IMG/VR virus record: IMGVR_UViG_3300044630_004720
Direction: 5' to 3' (one strand)
From: a virus
Taxonomy: Duplodnaviria; Caudoviricetes
Length of the DNA: 64,000 bases
Below the pieces are notes generated by a model that searched no databases, had not been told where the DNA came from, and saw only the letters and a program-made list of their open reading frames with translations. Made by a program: the position numbers and the translations under genes. How positions within the stretch are numbered: position 1 is the first letter of the stretch; every line of letters begins with the position of its first letter. Below are positions 1 to 10,920 of the stretch, piece by piece.

Positions 1-1
1 T

Positions 2-3000
2 CAAAACTCAACTGACGACACATACTCTGGTGGTATGTTACTATCTGGACCAAGAAACACCGGTTCTTTGGGCGACGAGCCTGGTTTAATAAGTGGTAGA
101 ATTGTAAAGTCAATTGGTGGTGACCATATTGATGTGTCTATCATATCTGAAACCGGAACAACTATTACAGTTGGTGGTGATTTGGTTGCTAATTCAATAA
201 CAGGTGCTTTTGATTTTTATGGTTTGGTAAACAGACCTACTTTAGTATCAGGTTCATCACAAATTGAAATTACAGGGACAACCGGATATTCAGATTTTAG
301 TTCTTCTATAAAAGATAGAATAGATGTTGTCACTGGTTCAATTACTGACCTATCATCTTCTGTTAAAGATAGAATTGACATCGTTACAGGGTCAATAACA
401 GATTTAAGTTCGTCAGTTAAGGACCGAATTGATATTGTCACCGGTTCAATTACAGATTTAAGTTCATCAGTTAAAGATAGAATTGATGTAGTTACAGGCT
501 CAATTACTGACCTGTCATCTTCCGTTAAAGATAGGATTGATGTTGTTACCGGTTCAATCACTGACCTATCATCTTCTGTTAAAGATAGAATAGATACTGT
601 CACTGGTTCAATCACCGATTTAAGCTCTTCTGTTAAAGATAGAATAGATGTTGTCACCGGTTCTGTTGATTCTTTAAATTTATTTACGAGTTCATATACC
701 ACAAATTCATTCACAGGTTCATTTATTGGTGATGGTTCAGGTTTATACAATATTCCGGCAAGTGGTGTTACAGGATTACAATTAGATAAAATTATTAATG
801 GTAATGCAAGTGCTTCAATTAATAATAGTGGATTTTATGTAAACAGAGATGTTTTTGTTGACGGTACAATTACCGCAAAAGAAATTCATATTGATTATGT
901 AACATCTTCAGTTCTATATCAATCAGGTTCCACAAAATTTGGTGATTCAAATGACGACACACACCAATTCACAGGTTCCGTTAAAATTTCAGGTTCATTA
1001 CAATCCGATTCTATTACAGGTTCATTCACGGGTTCATTTGCCGGAAACGCTTCAGGGTTAGTAAATGTTCCTTTTCATATTTCAGGTTCCGATGTTGATG
1101 GTGGAACATATGATAAACAATTTTCAAAATTACAATTTGACGATAGTACAGGATTAAATGTTAGTGAATCAGTCGCAGGAACAGCATTCATATCGATTGG
1201 GTCACACTTTAGAGATATTTTTGTTTCAGGTTCGGATATGTTAAGAGCAACTGGTTCAGATGCTTTTGAAATTATACCTGAAGGAGGTATTGAAGTTACA
1301 ACTTCAATCACCGACACCAATTCAAATGGTTATGTAAAAGAATTAAGATTAAGTACAACAACGTTATCATCATCTCTTGATACAAGAATTGATAACTTAT
1401 CAAGTAGTGTAGTTTACCAATCAGAAACATCGTCAATGACGGTGTTGAGCTCATCATACGCATTAACTGCATCATTTGCATTAAACGCAGGTGGAGGAAG
1501 TGAAGGTAGAACTTATATACATACACAATCATCAGCATCAACAACTTGGACGGTTACACATAACTTAGGTGAACAATATCCGGCAATTGTGGTATTTGAT
1601 TCGTCAGATAACGTAATTGTTCCGGGTACAATAACAGCAGTAAACGATACTAGCTTCACAGTAACTTTCCCAAGTGCACAAACAGGTAAAGTGAGTGCAA
1701 CTGTTGGTGGTGGATTACCATTTGTTAGTGCAAGTTTTGTTGATTATGTTTTAGCTGTTAATAATGATATTCCATATTGGAAAGGAGGTGTTATATCAGG
1801 TTCGGCTCAAATCATATTAACAGGAACAACGGGATATTCTACGTTTAGTTCTTCAGTTGCAACAACAACATTAAATATAAAAAATAGGGTAGATTCTATT
1901 GAAGTAAAAACAGGTAGTTATGCAACAACAGGTTCTAATTTATTTATTGGTACACAAACACTTAGTGGTTCTATATTACCATCTGTTGATAATTTATATG
2001 ATTTAGGTAGTTCAACACATCAATGGAGAGATGTTTACATTTCTTCTGGGTCTCTTTATATCGATGGAACAAAAGTTATTAGTAGCACAACGCAAGAACT
2101 ACAAATCACAACTGATTCAGGTCAATCAATTAAAATATTAGAAAACGGAACAGATTCAATTATTTTACAAACCGCTGATGGTGATGTTGAATTAAAGTCT
2201 AGCGGCGATGGTGATATATTATTAGACCCAACTAATGGTAAGATAATGTTAAAAGGTCCTGTTGAAATATTAAACGGACAAAAAATACAATCATCAGTTG
2301 GAGGTACACCTGTTGTTTTTGCAAACGATATTGTAGTTTCTGGTTCTATAGAATTAACGGGTACAATTGATGGAATTGATTTAACATCATTTAGTTCATC
2401 GGCTAATACAAGATTAACAAATTTAGAAAGTAGCGGAGGTAGTTTAAATTCATTTACGGCGTCAGCAAACACAAGATTAGGTGCGTTAGAAACACAAAGC
2501 GGTAGTATAAATTCATTTACCGCTTCTGCAAATACGAGATTAGGGGACTTAGAAACAGAAAGCGGTAGCGTAAGATTTGATTTAAATTCTCATATCTCAA
2601 GTGCAAACGGAAGATTAACCTCAATTGAAACATCGACAGGTTCATTAAATTCATTTAGTTCTTCGACCTCGACAAGATTATCATCAATTGAAATATCGAC
2701 TGGCTCGTTAAACTCATTTACTTCCTCAACTGCCGGAAGTTTAATTGCAATTCAAACAAGTACATCGAGTTTGAATTCATTTACTTCCTCAACTGCCGAA
2801 AGTTTAATTGCAATTCAAACAAGTACATCAAGTTTAAATAGCTTTACTGCATCAACAAATACAAGATTGGGAGCGTTAGAAACTTCTACATCGAGCCTTA
2901 ATACATTTAGTTCTTCTACAAATGGTAGATTAACATCAATTGAAACATCTACAGCTTCATTAAATTCATTTACATCTTCTACTGAGGGAAGTTTAATCGC

Positions 3001-6000
3001 AATTCAAACAAGCACAGCAAGTTTAAATAGTTTTAGTTCTTCTACTAATACAAGATTAGGGGCATTAGAAACAGAAAGCGGTTCTATTAGAACGGCATTC
3101 AATAGCTACACCTCATCTAACGATAGTACAAATACAACTCAGAATAATAGATTAACGGCGTTAGAAACTTCTACATCAAGCCTTAATACATTTAGTTCAT
3201 CTACTAATACAAGATTAGGGTCGTTAGAAACAGAAAGCGGTTCTATTAGGACTGCATTTAATAGTTATACATCATCCAATGATGGAACAAATACAACTCA
3301 GAATAATAGGCTAACGGCATTAGAAACTTCCACATCAAGTTTAAATAGTTTTAGTTCTTCTACAAATAGTAAACTAACATCTATTGAGACAAGTACAGGT
3401 AGTTTAAACACATTTAGTTCTTCTACTAATACAAGAGTAGGAGCATTAGAAACTGAAAGTGGAAGCATTAGAACAGCATTTAATAATTATACATCATCCA
3501 ATGATGGAACAAATACAACACAAAATAGTAGATTAACATCATTAGAAGGGAAGACAGGTAGTTATGCTACAACAGGTTCCAACGTGTTCATTGGTGACCA
3601 AACAATAACAGGGTCTTTGTATATTTCACAAAACCTTATAATTGCGGGTTCATCTTCAATACAACACATCACATCTTCTCAACTTAATATTGGTGATAAC
3701 ATTATCACGGTAAATGCTCAAAACCCAAGTATTAGATTTGGTGGTCTTGCGGTTATTGATAGTGGTTCTTCACCACAAGTATCCGGTTCAATTTTATTTG
3801 ATTCAACAAATGACCAATGGATATTTGTTCATCAAAATCAAAGTACCATTACCTCTTCTGTTTTATTAATGGGTCCTGAGACCTATAACAATTTAGGTGG
3901 AGAATCTTACTTAACACAAAATAGAATTCCAAAAGGAAGTGGTATTGAACATTTAAATGATAGTAATATTAGTGACACCGGAACAAAGGTTTCAATCAAT
4001 TCAAATACAGAAATCACCGGTACATTTGTTGCAACAGGAACGGCATTAGTTTCGGGTTCTGCTCAGATTTCATTCAATGGTATAACTGATAAACCAACAT
4101 TAGTTTCAGGTTCGTCTCAAATTACTTTCTTAAGTATTAGTAACATACCATCAGGACTTGTTTCAGGTTCTTCACAAGTATTAAACGGAAGTGGAGTATG
4201 GTCGGGTTCAGCACAATTACCATCAGGAACCGTGTCAGGTTCTTCACAAGTATTAAACGGAAGTGGAGTATGGTCGGGTTCAGCACAATTACCTGCGGGT
4301 GTTGTGTCTGGCTCAAGTCAAGTTTTAAATGGTAGTGGAGTATGGTCAGGCTCAGCACAATTACCATCAGGTGTTGTGTCAGGTTCAAGTCAAATTACGT
4401 ATTCATCTATTAGTGGTATTCCTACAGGTATTGTTTCAGGCTCATCACAAGTATCTTTCGGTGGTATTAGTGGAGTACCTTCAGGATTAGTTTCAGGTTC
4501 ATCACAAGTGGCATTTGGTTCGTTAAGTGGTTTACCTTCAGGTATCATATCAGGTTCATCACAAATATCATTTGGTAGTATTAGTGGAGTACCTTCAGGT
4601 TTAGTGTCAGGTAGTTCACAAGTGGCGTTTGGTTCATTAAGTGGATTACCGTCTGGTTTAGTATCTGGTTCTTCACAAATATCATTTGGTTCAATATCGA
4701 ACATTCCTTCGGGGTTGGTATCAGGTTCATCACAAATATCATTTGGTAGTATATCAGGACTACCACCAGGATTAGTGTCAGGCTCTTCACAAATTTCAAT
4801 CGCATCGACAAGTGGATTCGGTACCTATATAAATCAAGCGCTTTTAACAACATCTACACCCACATTCTCAACAGTATCTGCAACAACATTTACGGGAGCA
4901 TTAAGTGGTAATGCAACAACCGCAAGTTCAACTCAACGTCTTGATGATGTGAACAACTATACTTGGTCACAATCTTCACTACCACAAAGTTATTCAGAAG
5001 GGATGCAGTTAAGCTTTGTTGGACCAAGTGCAGGTGAGGGGAGTTGGCAGAATTATGGTACGGTAATAAATGCAAGAACATATTCTGGTGGAGGTGGTAG
5101 TTTGCAAATGTATGTACCATATGGGCCAAGTAACGGCGGAGCAGCACTACAGGTTCGTTTTGGTGATTATAGTGCTCCATCTTACGGTAATCAATGGACA
5201 GCTTGGAAGACGTTGTTACAATCTGACAACTACAACTCTTACGCTCCCACCCTAACAGGTGGTGGTGCAAGTGGAACTTGGGGTATTAATATCACTGGTA
5301 ATGCGGCAACGGCCACTTCGGCCACCGATTCAACAAAACTTCCACTAGCAGGTGGAACGTTAACAGGTGATTTAAGATTTAATAATGCGGGATATGGTAG
5401 AATTGCGTTTACCGATAACTATCACGGTTTAATTCTTAGAGGAAATCCAAATAACGCCGCAGGTGACATAACAGCAGGTGATGTAACTTCATTAGTACAA
5501 CATAGTGGTGATTTTAGGTTTTACAGAACAAACGGAAGTATAAATGAAGTTTATTTCCAAGTTAATGCAACAGCACCATATTGGAGAGGAAATGTAATAT
5601 ATCACGCGGGTAACATCCCAACTTGGAATCAAAATACTAGTGGTACCGCCGGTTCAATATCGGGATTTAATAACCCCACAACATCGGCAACAGCTAACAC
5701 AATCGCCTATAGAGATAGTGGTGGTGATTTATATGCGAGATATATGTTTGCCGTTCATTTTAATCAGTCTGGAGGAAATAGTGAAAATCCAACAATTGGA
5801 CAAATTTGGACACAAAACACCACGGATAACTATTGTAGAAAATCAACACCTGCACACTTTATTAGTCAATTGGGATTAATAACAACATCCAATATTGGTT
5901 CACAATCTGTTAGTTACGCAAATAGTGCGGGTAGTGCACCTAACGGAACTAATCAAAATTCGGTCTACAATGTAACACCTGGTGAAGGTAATGGATTGAA

Positions 6001-6436
6001 ATTTTGGTCTGAGGACAGTTATAAAATTAGTATGGGTGTTAGTAGTGTGTACCAATATGGGACCGTTACGGATTATTCAATTAAAACCCAAATGAATTCG
6101 GGAGACGCCGGAAGAGGATTTACTTGGGGAAGAATTGGTGTGGTTCCAATTGCATCATTAAACGCAACGTCAGGTAATATGCAACTTGCGGGGTCATTAA
6201 CAACAGGTGGAAGTATATTACCATTAAGTAATAACTCTGTTAATTTAGGTTCAGCATCTTTAGGTTGGGCAAACGTTTATACAAACGACTTACATTTAAG
6301 TAATATGAATAAACCTGAAGGTAATGATATTGATGGTACAAATGGTAACTGGACAATTCAAGAAGGAGCAGAAAATCTGTATATTATCAATAATAATAAC
6401 GGAAAGAAATATAAAATATCGTTAGAAGAAATATAA
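2..6436 (+). CDS. Giant Ser/Thr/Gly-rich fibre-like (tail fibre/adhesin) protein A, 5'-truncated
   Basis: The frame is open to the window edge (QNSTDDTYSGG before the listed ATG at 35). It has 18-aa and ~21-aa coiled-coil-like repeats, GxVSGSxQ repeats, variable distal domains and the C-terminal module WANVYTNDLHLSN...WTIQEGAENLYIINN..GKKYKI. It is paralogous to 44082-48743. Confidence 0.75.
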   Translation, partial: QNSTDDTYSGGMLLSGPRNTGSLGDEPGLISGRIVKSIGGDHIDVSIISETGTTITVGGDLVANSITGAFDFYGLVNRPTLVSGSSQIEITGTTGYSDFSSSIKDRIDVVTGSITDLSSSVKDRIDIVTGSITDLSSSVKDRIDIVTGSITDLSSSVKDRIDVVTGSITDLSSSVKDRIDVVTGSITDLSSSVKDRIDTVTGSITDLSSSVKDRIDVVTGSVDSLNLFTSSYTTNSFTGSFIGDGSGLYNIPASGVTGLQLDKIINGNASASINNSGFYVNRDVFVDGTITAKEIHIDYVTSSVLYQSGSTKFGDSNDDTHQFTGSVKISGSLQSDSITGSFTGSFAGNASGLVNVPFHISGSDVDGGTYDKQFSKLQFDDSTGLNVSESVAGTAFISIGSHFRDIFVSGSDMLRATGSDAFEIIPEGGIEVTTSITDTNSNGYVKELRLSTTTLSSSLDTRIDNLSSSVVYQSETSSMTVLSSSYALTASFALNAGGGSEGRTYIHTQSSASTTWTVTHNLGEQYPAIVVFDSSDNVIVPGTITAVNDTSFTVTFPSAQTGKVSATVGGGLPFVSASFVDYVLAVNNDIPYWKGGVISGSAQIILTGTTGYSTFSSSVATTTLNIKNRVDSIEVKTGSYATTGSNLFIGTQTLSGSILPSVDNLYDLGSSTHQWRDVYISSGSLYIDGTKVISSTTQELQITTDSGQSIKILENGTDSIILQTADGDVELKSSGDGDILLDPTNGKIMLKGPVEILNGQKIQSSVGGTPVVFANDIVVSGSIELTGTIDGIDLTSFSSSANTRLTNLESSGGSLNSFTASANTRLGALETQSGSINSFTASANTRLGDLETESGSVRFDLNSHISSANGRLTSIETSTGSLNSFSSSTSTRLSSIEISTGSLNSFTSSTAGSLIAIQTSTSSLNSFTSSTAESLIAIQTSTSSLNSFTASTNTRLGALETSTSSLNTFSSSTNGRLTSIETSTASLNSFTSSTEGSLIAIQTSTASLNSFSSSTNTRLGALETESGSIRTAFNSYTSSNDSTNTTQNNRLTALETSTSSLNTFSSSTNTRLGSLETESGSIRTAFNSYTSSNDGTNTTQNNRLTALETSTSSLNSFSSSTNSKLTSIETSTGSLNTFSSSTNTRVGALETESGSIRTAFNNYTSSNDGTNTTQNSRLTSLEGKTGSYATTGSNVFIGDQTITGSLYISQNLIIAGSSSIQHITSSQLNIGDNIITVNAQNPSIRFGGLAVIDSGSSPQVSGSILFDSTNDQWIFVHQNQSTITSSVLLMGPETYNNLGGESYLTQNRIPKGSGIEHLNDSNISDTGTKVSINSNTEITGTFVATGTALVSGSAQISFNGITDKPTLVSGSSQITFLSISNIPSGLVSGSSQVLNGSGVWSGSAQLPSGTVSGSSQVLNGSGVWSGSAQLPAGVVSGSSQVLNGSGVWSGSAQLPSGVVSGSSQITYSSISGIPTGIVSGSSQVSFGGISGVPSGLVSGSSQVAFGSLSGLPSGIISGSSQISFGSISGVPSGLVSGSSQVAFGSLSGLPSGLVSGSSQISFGSISNIPSGLVSGSSQISFGSISGLPPGLVSGSSQISIASTSGFGTYINQALLTTSTPTFSTVSATTFTGALSGNATTASSTQRLDDVNNYTWSQSSLPQSYSEGMQLSFVGPSAGEGSWQNYGTVINARTYSGGGGSLQMYVPYGPSNGGAALQVRFGDYSAPSYGNQWTAWKTLLQSDNYNSYAPTLTGGGASGTWGINITGNAATATSATDSTKLPLAGGTLTGDLRFNNAGYGRIAFTDNYHGLILRGNPNNAAGDITAGDVTSLVQHSGDFRFYRTNGSINEVYFQVNATAPYWRGNVIYHAGNIPTWNQNTSGTAGSISGFNNPTTSATANTIAYRDSGGDLYARYMFAVHFNQSGGNSENPTIGQIWTQNTTDNYCRKSTPAHFISQLGLITTSNIGSQSVSYANSAGSAPNGTNQNSVYNVTPGEGNGLKFWSEDSYKISMGVSSVYQYGTVTDYSIKTQMNSGDAGRGFTWGRIGVVPIASLNATSGNMQLAGSLTTGGSILPLSNNSVNLGSASLGWANVYTNDLHLSNMNKPEGNDIDGTNGNWTIQEGAENLYIINNNNGKKYKISLEEI
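299..676 (+). repeat. 7 x 54-bp (18-aa) tandem repeat SSSVKDRIDVVTGSITDL in fibre A
   Basis: Seven consecutive units were read directly. The protein units are almost identical while synonymous codons differ between copies. Confidence 0.95.
2380..3560 (+). repeat. Degenerate ~21-aa (with 25/32-aa variants) S/T-rich repeat SLNSFxSSxNxRLxxLETSTx, predicted coiled-coil stalk
   Basis: The motif recurs many times in the translation. Boundaries are approximate. Confidence 0.8.
4163..4800 (+). repeat. GxVSGSxQ repeats (24-aa and 19-aa units); includes an exact 59-bp direct repeat at 4163 and 4235
   Basis: tcaggttcttcacaagtattaaacggaagtggagtatggtcgggttcagcacaattacc occurs twice, 72 bp apart. Confidence 0.9.
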
Positions 6437-6437
6437 G

Positions 6438-7160
6438 ATGCCATTAAATGTTAAAAATAATGTAATAAGTTCAAATGACATTACGAGTGCCGGCATTTTT
6501 GATACTAAAGTTGTTAAAGATGGTTTGATATTACACTTGGATGCTGCCGATGTGGATTCGTATCCGGGTAGTGGTTCTGTGTGGTATGATAAAAGTGGTC
6601 TTGGACATAACTTAACAATTAGCGGACCTACTTGGACAACAGTTGGAAGTAGAACTGCATTTAATTTTACATCCAATGTTAATGTGGTTTCTGGTAGTAT
6701 TAGTTCATTCCCAACAACAGAATTAACTTATGAGGTTTGGTTATATCCCGCTTCAAGTGAAATAACTGCAGACGATAGAGGATGTGTCATATTGTGTAAT
6801 GGTGGTGCAGGTGCATATATGAGTTGGAATAAATCAAATCAATATATGTCAAATTATTGGTATTCACATTCACCAGAAGGATATCACGAATCGAATGGCC
6901 CATCATCAAGAAATGCGTGGCATCATTGGTGTGCAGTGTGGGATAATAGAGGTCTTAATCAATGGGTTGATGGTAACTATTCTGTGGTAAGAAATATTAT
7001 GGGTCCGTCTTCTGCAAATACTGCTATACAAATCGGAAATGAAGGAGGAGGTAGACAATTTAGTGGTGGTATTGCGGTTGTTAGAATTTATAATAGAGCA
7101 TTAAATAATTACGAGGTATACGAAAACTTCCAAGCTCAAAGAGGAAGATTTGGTATATAA
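6438..7160 (+). CDS. LamG / concanavalin A-like lectin domain protein (putative fibre head/adhesin)
   Basis: DGLILHLDAA..SYPGSGSVWYDKSG start, WHHWCAVWD, GGIAVVRIYNRAL...NFQAQRGRFGI end. Confidence 0.75.
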   Translation: MPLNVKNNVISSNDITSAGIFDTKVVKDGLILHLDAADVDSYPGSGSVWYDKSGLGHNLTISGPTWTTVGSRTAFNFTSNVNVVSGSISSFPTTELTYEVWLYPASSEITADDRGCVILCNGGAGAYMSWNKSNQYMSNYWYSHSPEGYHESNGPSSRNAWHHWCAVWDNRGLNQWVDGNYSVVRNIMGPSSANTAIQIGNEGGGRQFSGGIAVVRIYNRALNNYEVYENFQAQRGRFGI

Positions 7161-7171
7161 ATGAATATAGT

Positions 7172-7951
7172 ATGGGAGTAATATTAGGAGGAAAAAATTT
7201 AGCAGCAATCAACTTTAATACTTTAGGACAAATACCAACAACACCTAAAGTAATTACTGATGGATTGGTTCTACATTTAGATGCTGGTGATTCTAACTCA
7301 TTCATAAACACGGCAACAAATTACTATGATTGTGGATATGGATATCAATATTATGCATCAAATCCTGGATGTACCGCCGCACAATCTAAATGGGTTGATA
7401 TAAGTGGTTACGGACACGATTGGACTCCCGCTGGAACTTATAACGGAAACTTTTTTACATTTAATAGTCAATCAACATCGAAAGCCGCCCCTGCTGATTG
7501 GGCAACAACATCAGAAAGAACAATAGATACTTGGTTTTATCCTGTGTCTGGTGGTATCAATACCGGTTGTTGTGAGACTATATTTGGTTCATACTGGTTT
7601 AGATTTTTTATGATTGGACAGAGTATCTATACTATGATTGGTTTTGCAAATGGTGACGGTTCGTATAACACTTACCAACACCCCGCATTTACAATATCGT
7701 ACGATGCTTGGCATCACATAGTTGGAATGAGAAGAGGTAATAACTATATAATTTGGGTTGATGGTGTTGAAATGTATAATACAACATTTGGCAGTGGATT
7801 AATTTTATATGACCCATATGGTACATATTACATTAGTAATAACTCACATACTAATGTTAGAATTGCTAGTGTTAAAATATACAATAGAGGATTAACTGAT
7901 GCGGAACTTTTAGAAAATTTTAACGCAGGAAGACAAAGATTTGGAATATGA
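7172..7951 (+). CDS. LamG-like domain protein with inserted YYDCGYG mini-module
   Basis: DGLVLHLDAGDSNS, WHHIVGMR, IASVKIYNRGL...NFNAGRQRFGI. Confidence 0.75.
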   Translation: MGVILGGKNLAAINFNTLGQIPTTPKVITDGLVLHLDAGDSNSFINTATNYYDCGYGYQYYASNPGCTAAQSKWVDISGYGHDWTPAGTYNGNFFTFNSQSTSKAAPADWATTSERTIDTWFYPVSGGINTGCCETIFGSYWFRFFMIGQSIYTMIGFANGDGSYNTYQHPAFTISYDAWHHIVGMRRGNNYIIWVDGVEMYNTTFGSGLILYDPYGTYYISNNSHTNVRIASVKIYNRGLTDAELLENFNAGRQRFGI

Positions 7952-8127
7952 TAAATTTAAAAATTGTTGAAATACCGGATAATGAAATAAATGCAGATGA
8001 CCCATCTTGTATTTTAAACGCTTTCCCATTTATGGTGGAAGATGAAAATGGTGCAAGATGGTTTGGTGCAAACACATTAGAAGAATGTGAAGAATATTTA
8101 ATAAAACATACAACAACTGAAGAATAA
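7948..8127 (+). CDS. Small acidic protein, 59 aa (not in ORF track)
   Basis: MINLKIVEIPDNEINADDPSCILNAFPFMVEDENGARWFGANTLEECEEYLIKHTTTEE. It has an ATGA overlap with the upstream stop and a TAATG overlap with the downstream start. Confidence 0.75.
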   Translation: MINLKIVEIPDNEINADDPSCILNAFPFMVEDENGARWFGANTLEECEEYLIKHTTTEE

Positions 8128-9785
8128 TGCCAGTAATTTTTAGAAGGTCAAATATTTTAGACCCATATTCTTGGACAACTGGTTCGGGAGGAATCGGTAG
8201 TTTTAGTCAAAACGGAAGTACTGATGAAAATGAAAGAGTAATTGGTACAGACCCTTTTGGTAATAGTTCTGTTTTATGGGAAACAAGGGCAAACGGTTCT
8301 GCTGCCGATGATGGTGGTTGGAATCATAGTTCCTTTTCTGTTGATAATACTAAATTATATAGAATGTCTGTTTGGGTTAGAAGGACATCAAGTTCCGCCG
8401 GCGGAACATTTTATCTTGGAACAAATGGTGGAGGACAATGTGTACTTAGACTATCTGATTTTGGCGAAGAATGTAATCCATATTGGGATTGTGTAGGCAC
8501 TGGTGCATTTACACAAAACGTATGGTATTTAGTTGTTGGTCACGTTTTTCCTGTCTCTTATCCAAATTCTAATCAACACGCAGACACAGGTAGATGGGTT
8601 ATAGGTAGTGGTAAGGTTTCAGGTATTAATGGTTGTAATGTGGGTAATGATATGAAATTCGGTCCGAGTACAACATCATTAAATCACAGAACATATCACT
8701 ATTATTGTGGTGATAACACTACAAGATTACAATTTTTTGAACCAAGAGTAGATTTATGTGATGGTTCAGAACCAAGAATAACAGATTTACTTAATAATAC
8801 ACAAAGTAGAATTCAATCAAGTACCGTTACTGTTGAAGGAGCATCAAACGAGAATCAAAAAATAATGGCAACAGGTGGTGTCATAACGGAACACGGAGAA
8901 TGGAGAATACATCGTTTTAATAGTTCAGGCACTTTTACATTATCATCACTAATAGGTACATCACTACACGTTGAATACTTAATCGTTGGTGGTGGCGGTG
9001 GAGGTGGTATGGATATGGGTGGAGGTGGAGGAGGCGGTGGTGTCCTTTCAGGAAAACACGTTTTAACACCGGGTTCATATACTATTACGGTTGGTGCTGG
9101 AGGTACTGGTGCACCCGCGGCGGGTACTAACGGACAGCCAGGAGGCCACCAATACACTATACCTGCAACCGCAGGAGGTAATTCATCATTCAATGGACTA
9201 ACATCGATTGGTGGTGGATTTGGTGGTAGTTCCTATAGAGGATATTCACCAGGTATCGCAGGTGGTAACGGAGGTTCAGGTGGAGGTGCTAGCGGATATA
9301 ACGACAATGCCGGTACATTCAATGGTGGTTCAGGAACATCAGGACAAGGATTTAGAGGAGGAAACTCAACCGCAGCTTATTATTCTGGTGGTGGTGGAGG
9401 TGCAGATGCGCAAGGTACCGATTCAACATCAATTGCTAATGGTGGGTCAGGAAGACTAAATAGAATTTTAGGAAGACCATTCTATTGGGGTGGTGGAGGT
9501 GGTGGAGCAGGTTATTCCACATTTGGTGGTGCAGGTGGAAGAGGTGGTGGAGGAGCAGGTGCACCTAATAGTTTCGCAAACAATTATGGACAAGGTGGAA
9601 GAGACTCCATTGAATGGGGTAGAGATACTCTAAATGGATGTACAGGTTGTTGGACCAATCTTCCGGGTGGAGATGGGGGAACCAACACTGGTGGAGGTGG
9701 TGGTGGAGGAGCTCACTACAATTCAAATAATAAAGGAGGTAACGGTGGTTCAGGTATCGTTATCATTAGATATAAAAAGAAATAA
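8127..9785 (+). CDS. Virion accessory protein: N-terminal beta-sandwich (CBM-like) domain + C-terminal glycine-rich domain
   Basis: C-half has VEYLIVGGGGGGG...GGGGGGGV and ends GGNGGSGIVIIRY, typical of phage Gly-rich domains. Confidence 0.65.
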   Translation: MPVIFRRSNILDPYSWTTGSGGIGSFSQNGSTDENERVIGTDPFGNSSVLWETRANGSAADDGGWNHSSFSVDNTKLYRMSVWVRRTSSSAGGTFYLGTNGGGQCVLRLSDFGEECNPYWDCVGTGAFTQNVWYLVVGHVFPVSYPNSNQHADTGRWVIGSGKVSGINGCNVGNDMKFGPSTTSLNHRTYHYYCGDNTTRLQFFEPRVDLCDGSEPRITDLLNNTQSRIQSSTVTVEGASNENQKIMATGGVITEHGEWRIHRFNSSGTFTLSSLIGTSLHVEYLIVGGGGGGGMDMGGGGGGGGVLSGKHVLTPGSYTITVGAGGTGAPAAGTNGQPGGHQYTIPATAGGNSSFNGLTSIGGGFGGSSYRGYSPGIAGGNGGSGGGASGYNDNAGTFNGGSGTSGQGFRGGNSTAAYYSGGGGGADAQGTDSTSIANGGSGRLNRILGRPFYWGGGGGGAGYSTFGGAGGRGGGGAGAPNSFANNYGQGGRDSIEWGRDTLNGCTGCWTNLPGGDGGTNTGGGGGGGAHYNSNNKGGNGGSGIVIIRYKKK

Positions 9786-9786
9786 G

Positions 9787-10149
9787 ATGGCACATTTCGC
9801 ACGAATAGATAATAATAATATTGTACAAGAAGTTTTAGTTGTACCTGATGAACAACAACACAGAGGAGAAGAATTCCTATCAAGTGATTTAGGTCTCGGA
9901 GGTAGATGGATTCAAACATCCTACAATAGTAATGTGAGAAAAATATATGCAGGAGTCGGATATTCATACAATGAAGAGTTAGATGTATTCTTAGCACCAA
10001 AACCATATCCATCTTGGGTAATCAACCCCATTGAACAAGTATGGGTTTCCCCTATTGCGAGACCTGAAGTTGAAAACGATAAAGTTGCAATTTGGGACGA
10101 AGAGAATCAAGAATGGAGAATTGAAGATTTACCACCAATTATTCAATAA
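9787..10149 (+). CDS. Conserved phage protein typically adjacent to Gly-rich fibre genes (possible assembly factor)
   Basis: Start re-set to MAHFARIDNNNIVQEVLVV (ATG 9787, just after the 9785 stop). Contains WIQTSYN...YAGVGYSY...FLAPKPYPSW. Confidence 0.6.
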   Translation: MAHFARIDNNNIVQEVLVVPDEQQHRGEEFLSSDLGLGGRWIQTSYNSNVRKIYAGVGYSYNEELDVFLAPKPYPSWVINPIEQVWVSPIARPEVENDKVAIWDEENQEWRIEDLPPIIQ

Positions 10150-10176
10150 TCCGAATAATTTTTTTATATTTTACCT

Positions 10177-10920
10177 ATGAACAACATAGGTTTTGGAATA
10201 TTTTGTTTTGGTGAAGAATATTATTTCAACGGAGCGTTTGAAAAAATAAACAATATTCTTAATGAGGGGTATCATTGTTATGTTCTAACAGATACCCCTG
10301 AAATTTTTACTGCAAAATATACCGATACTTTCGTTCACGTTATTCCATATTTTAGAACATTCAAATCATATTCAGATAAGATGTTACTACCCAAATACAT
10401 CTTAAAGAAACACGACATTAGTATTCTAATTGATGCTGACACACACATCACAGATTATGGTTTCTTAAAAGAATTTAAAAACTATAATTTCAAATACGGA
10501 ATCACATATATTAACACATTAAAAAATCACGCTTCTCATAGAGAATTTGTTAAAGATTTAATTACGATAGATAACCCTGAGTGGAATTCATATCACACAT
10601 ATGCAAGTAAATTATATCCTCCATATGGTGAATATGAAACTATATGGGAATACTTTTTAATAGTTAATAAGATTGGTTTTAATGTTGATGCGTTTTATAA
10701 TTGGTATGAAAAATTACAAATAGCAAAAGAGTTTTCTGATTTAAATCACAATAAAGAGGTGAACGGTGCGGGAGAAGGTGTATCAGTTAGAATAAGTGCT
10801 AGATTATCGGCAACAATGATACAAAGAGATTTATATCTTTATGATTTACTAAAAGATAAAATGATAAGTGTCAGTAAAAGATACACACCAAAACATCTTT
10901 GGCCAGATTGGATGAAATGA
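10177..10920 (+). CDS. Putative GT-A-fold glycosyltransferase-like protein (paralogue of 33338-33970)
   Basis: ILIDAD DxD-like motif. Shares GE(E/F)Y, (S/N)Y(S/F)DK and (G/A)EG motifs with 33338-33970. Confidence 0.4.
   Translation: MNNIGFGIFCFGEEYYFNGAFEKINNILNEGYHCYVLTDTPEIFTAKYTDTFVHVIPYFRTFKSYSDKMLLPKYILKKHDISILIDADTHITDYGFLKEFKNYNFKYGITYINTLKNHASHREFVKDLITIDNPEWNSYHTYASKLYPPYGEYETIWEYFLIVNKIGFNVDAFYNWYEKLQIAKEFSDLNHNKEVNGAGEGVSVRISARLSATMIQRDLYLYDLLKDKMISVSKRYTPKHLWPDWMK

Noticed and set aside
217-5879. Antisense/alternate-frame ORFs inside fibre A (e.g. 217-750, 2122-2472, 4390-4704)
   Set aside because: They are shadows of repetitive S/G/T codons on the coding strand, have no independent motifs and are fully nested.
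8855-9193. Poly-Pro ORF on the minus strand
   Set aside because: It is the reverse complement of the poly-Gly (ggt/gga) tract of the Gly-rich protein.
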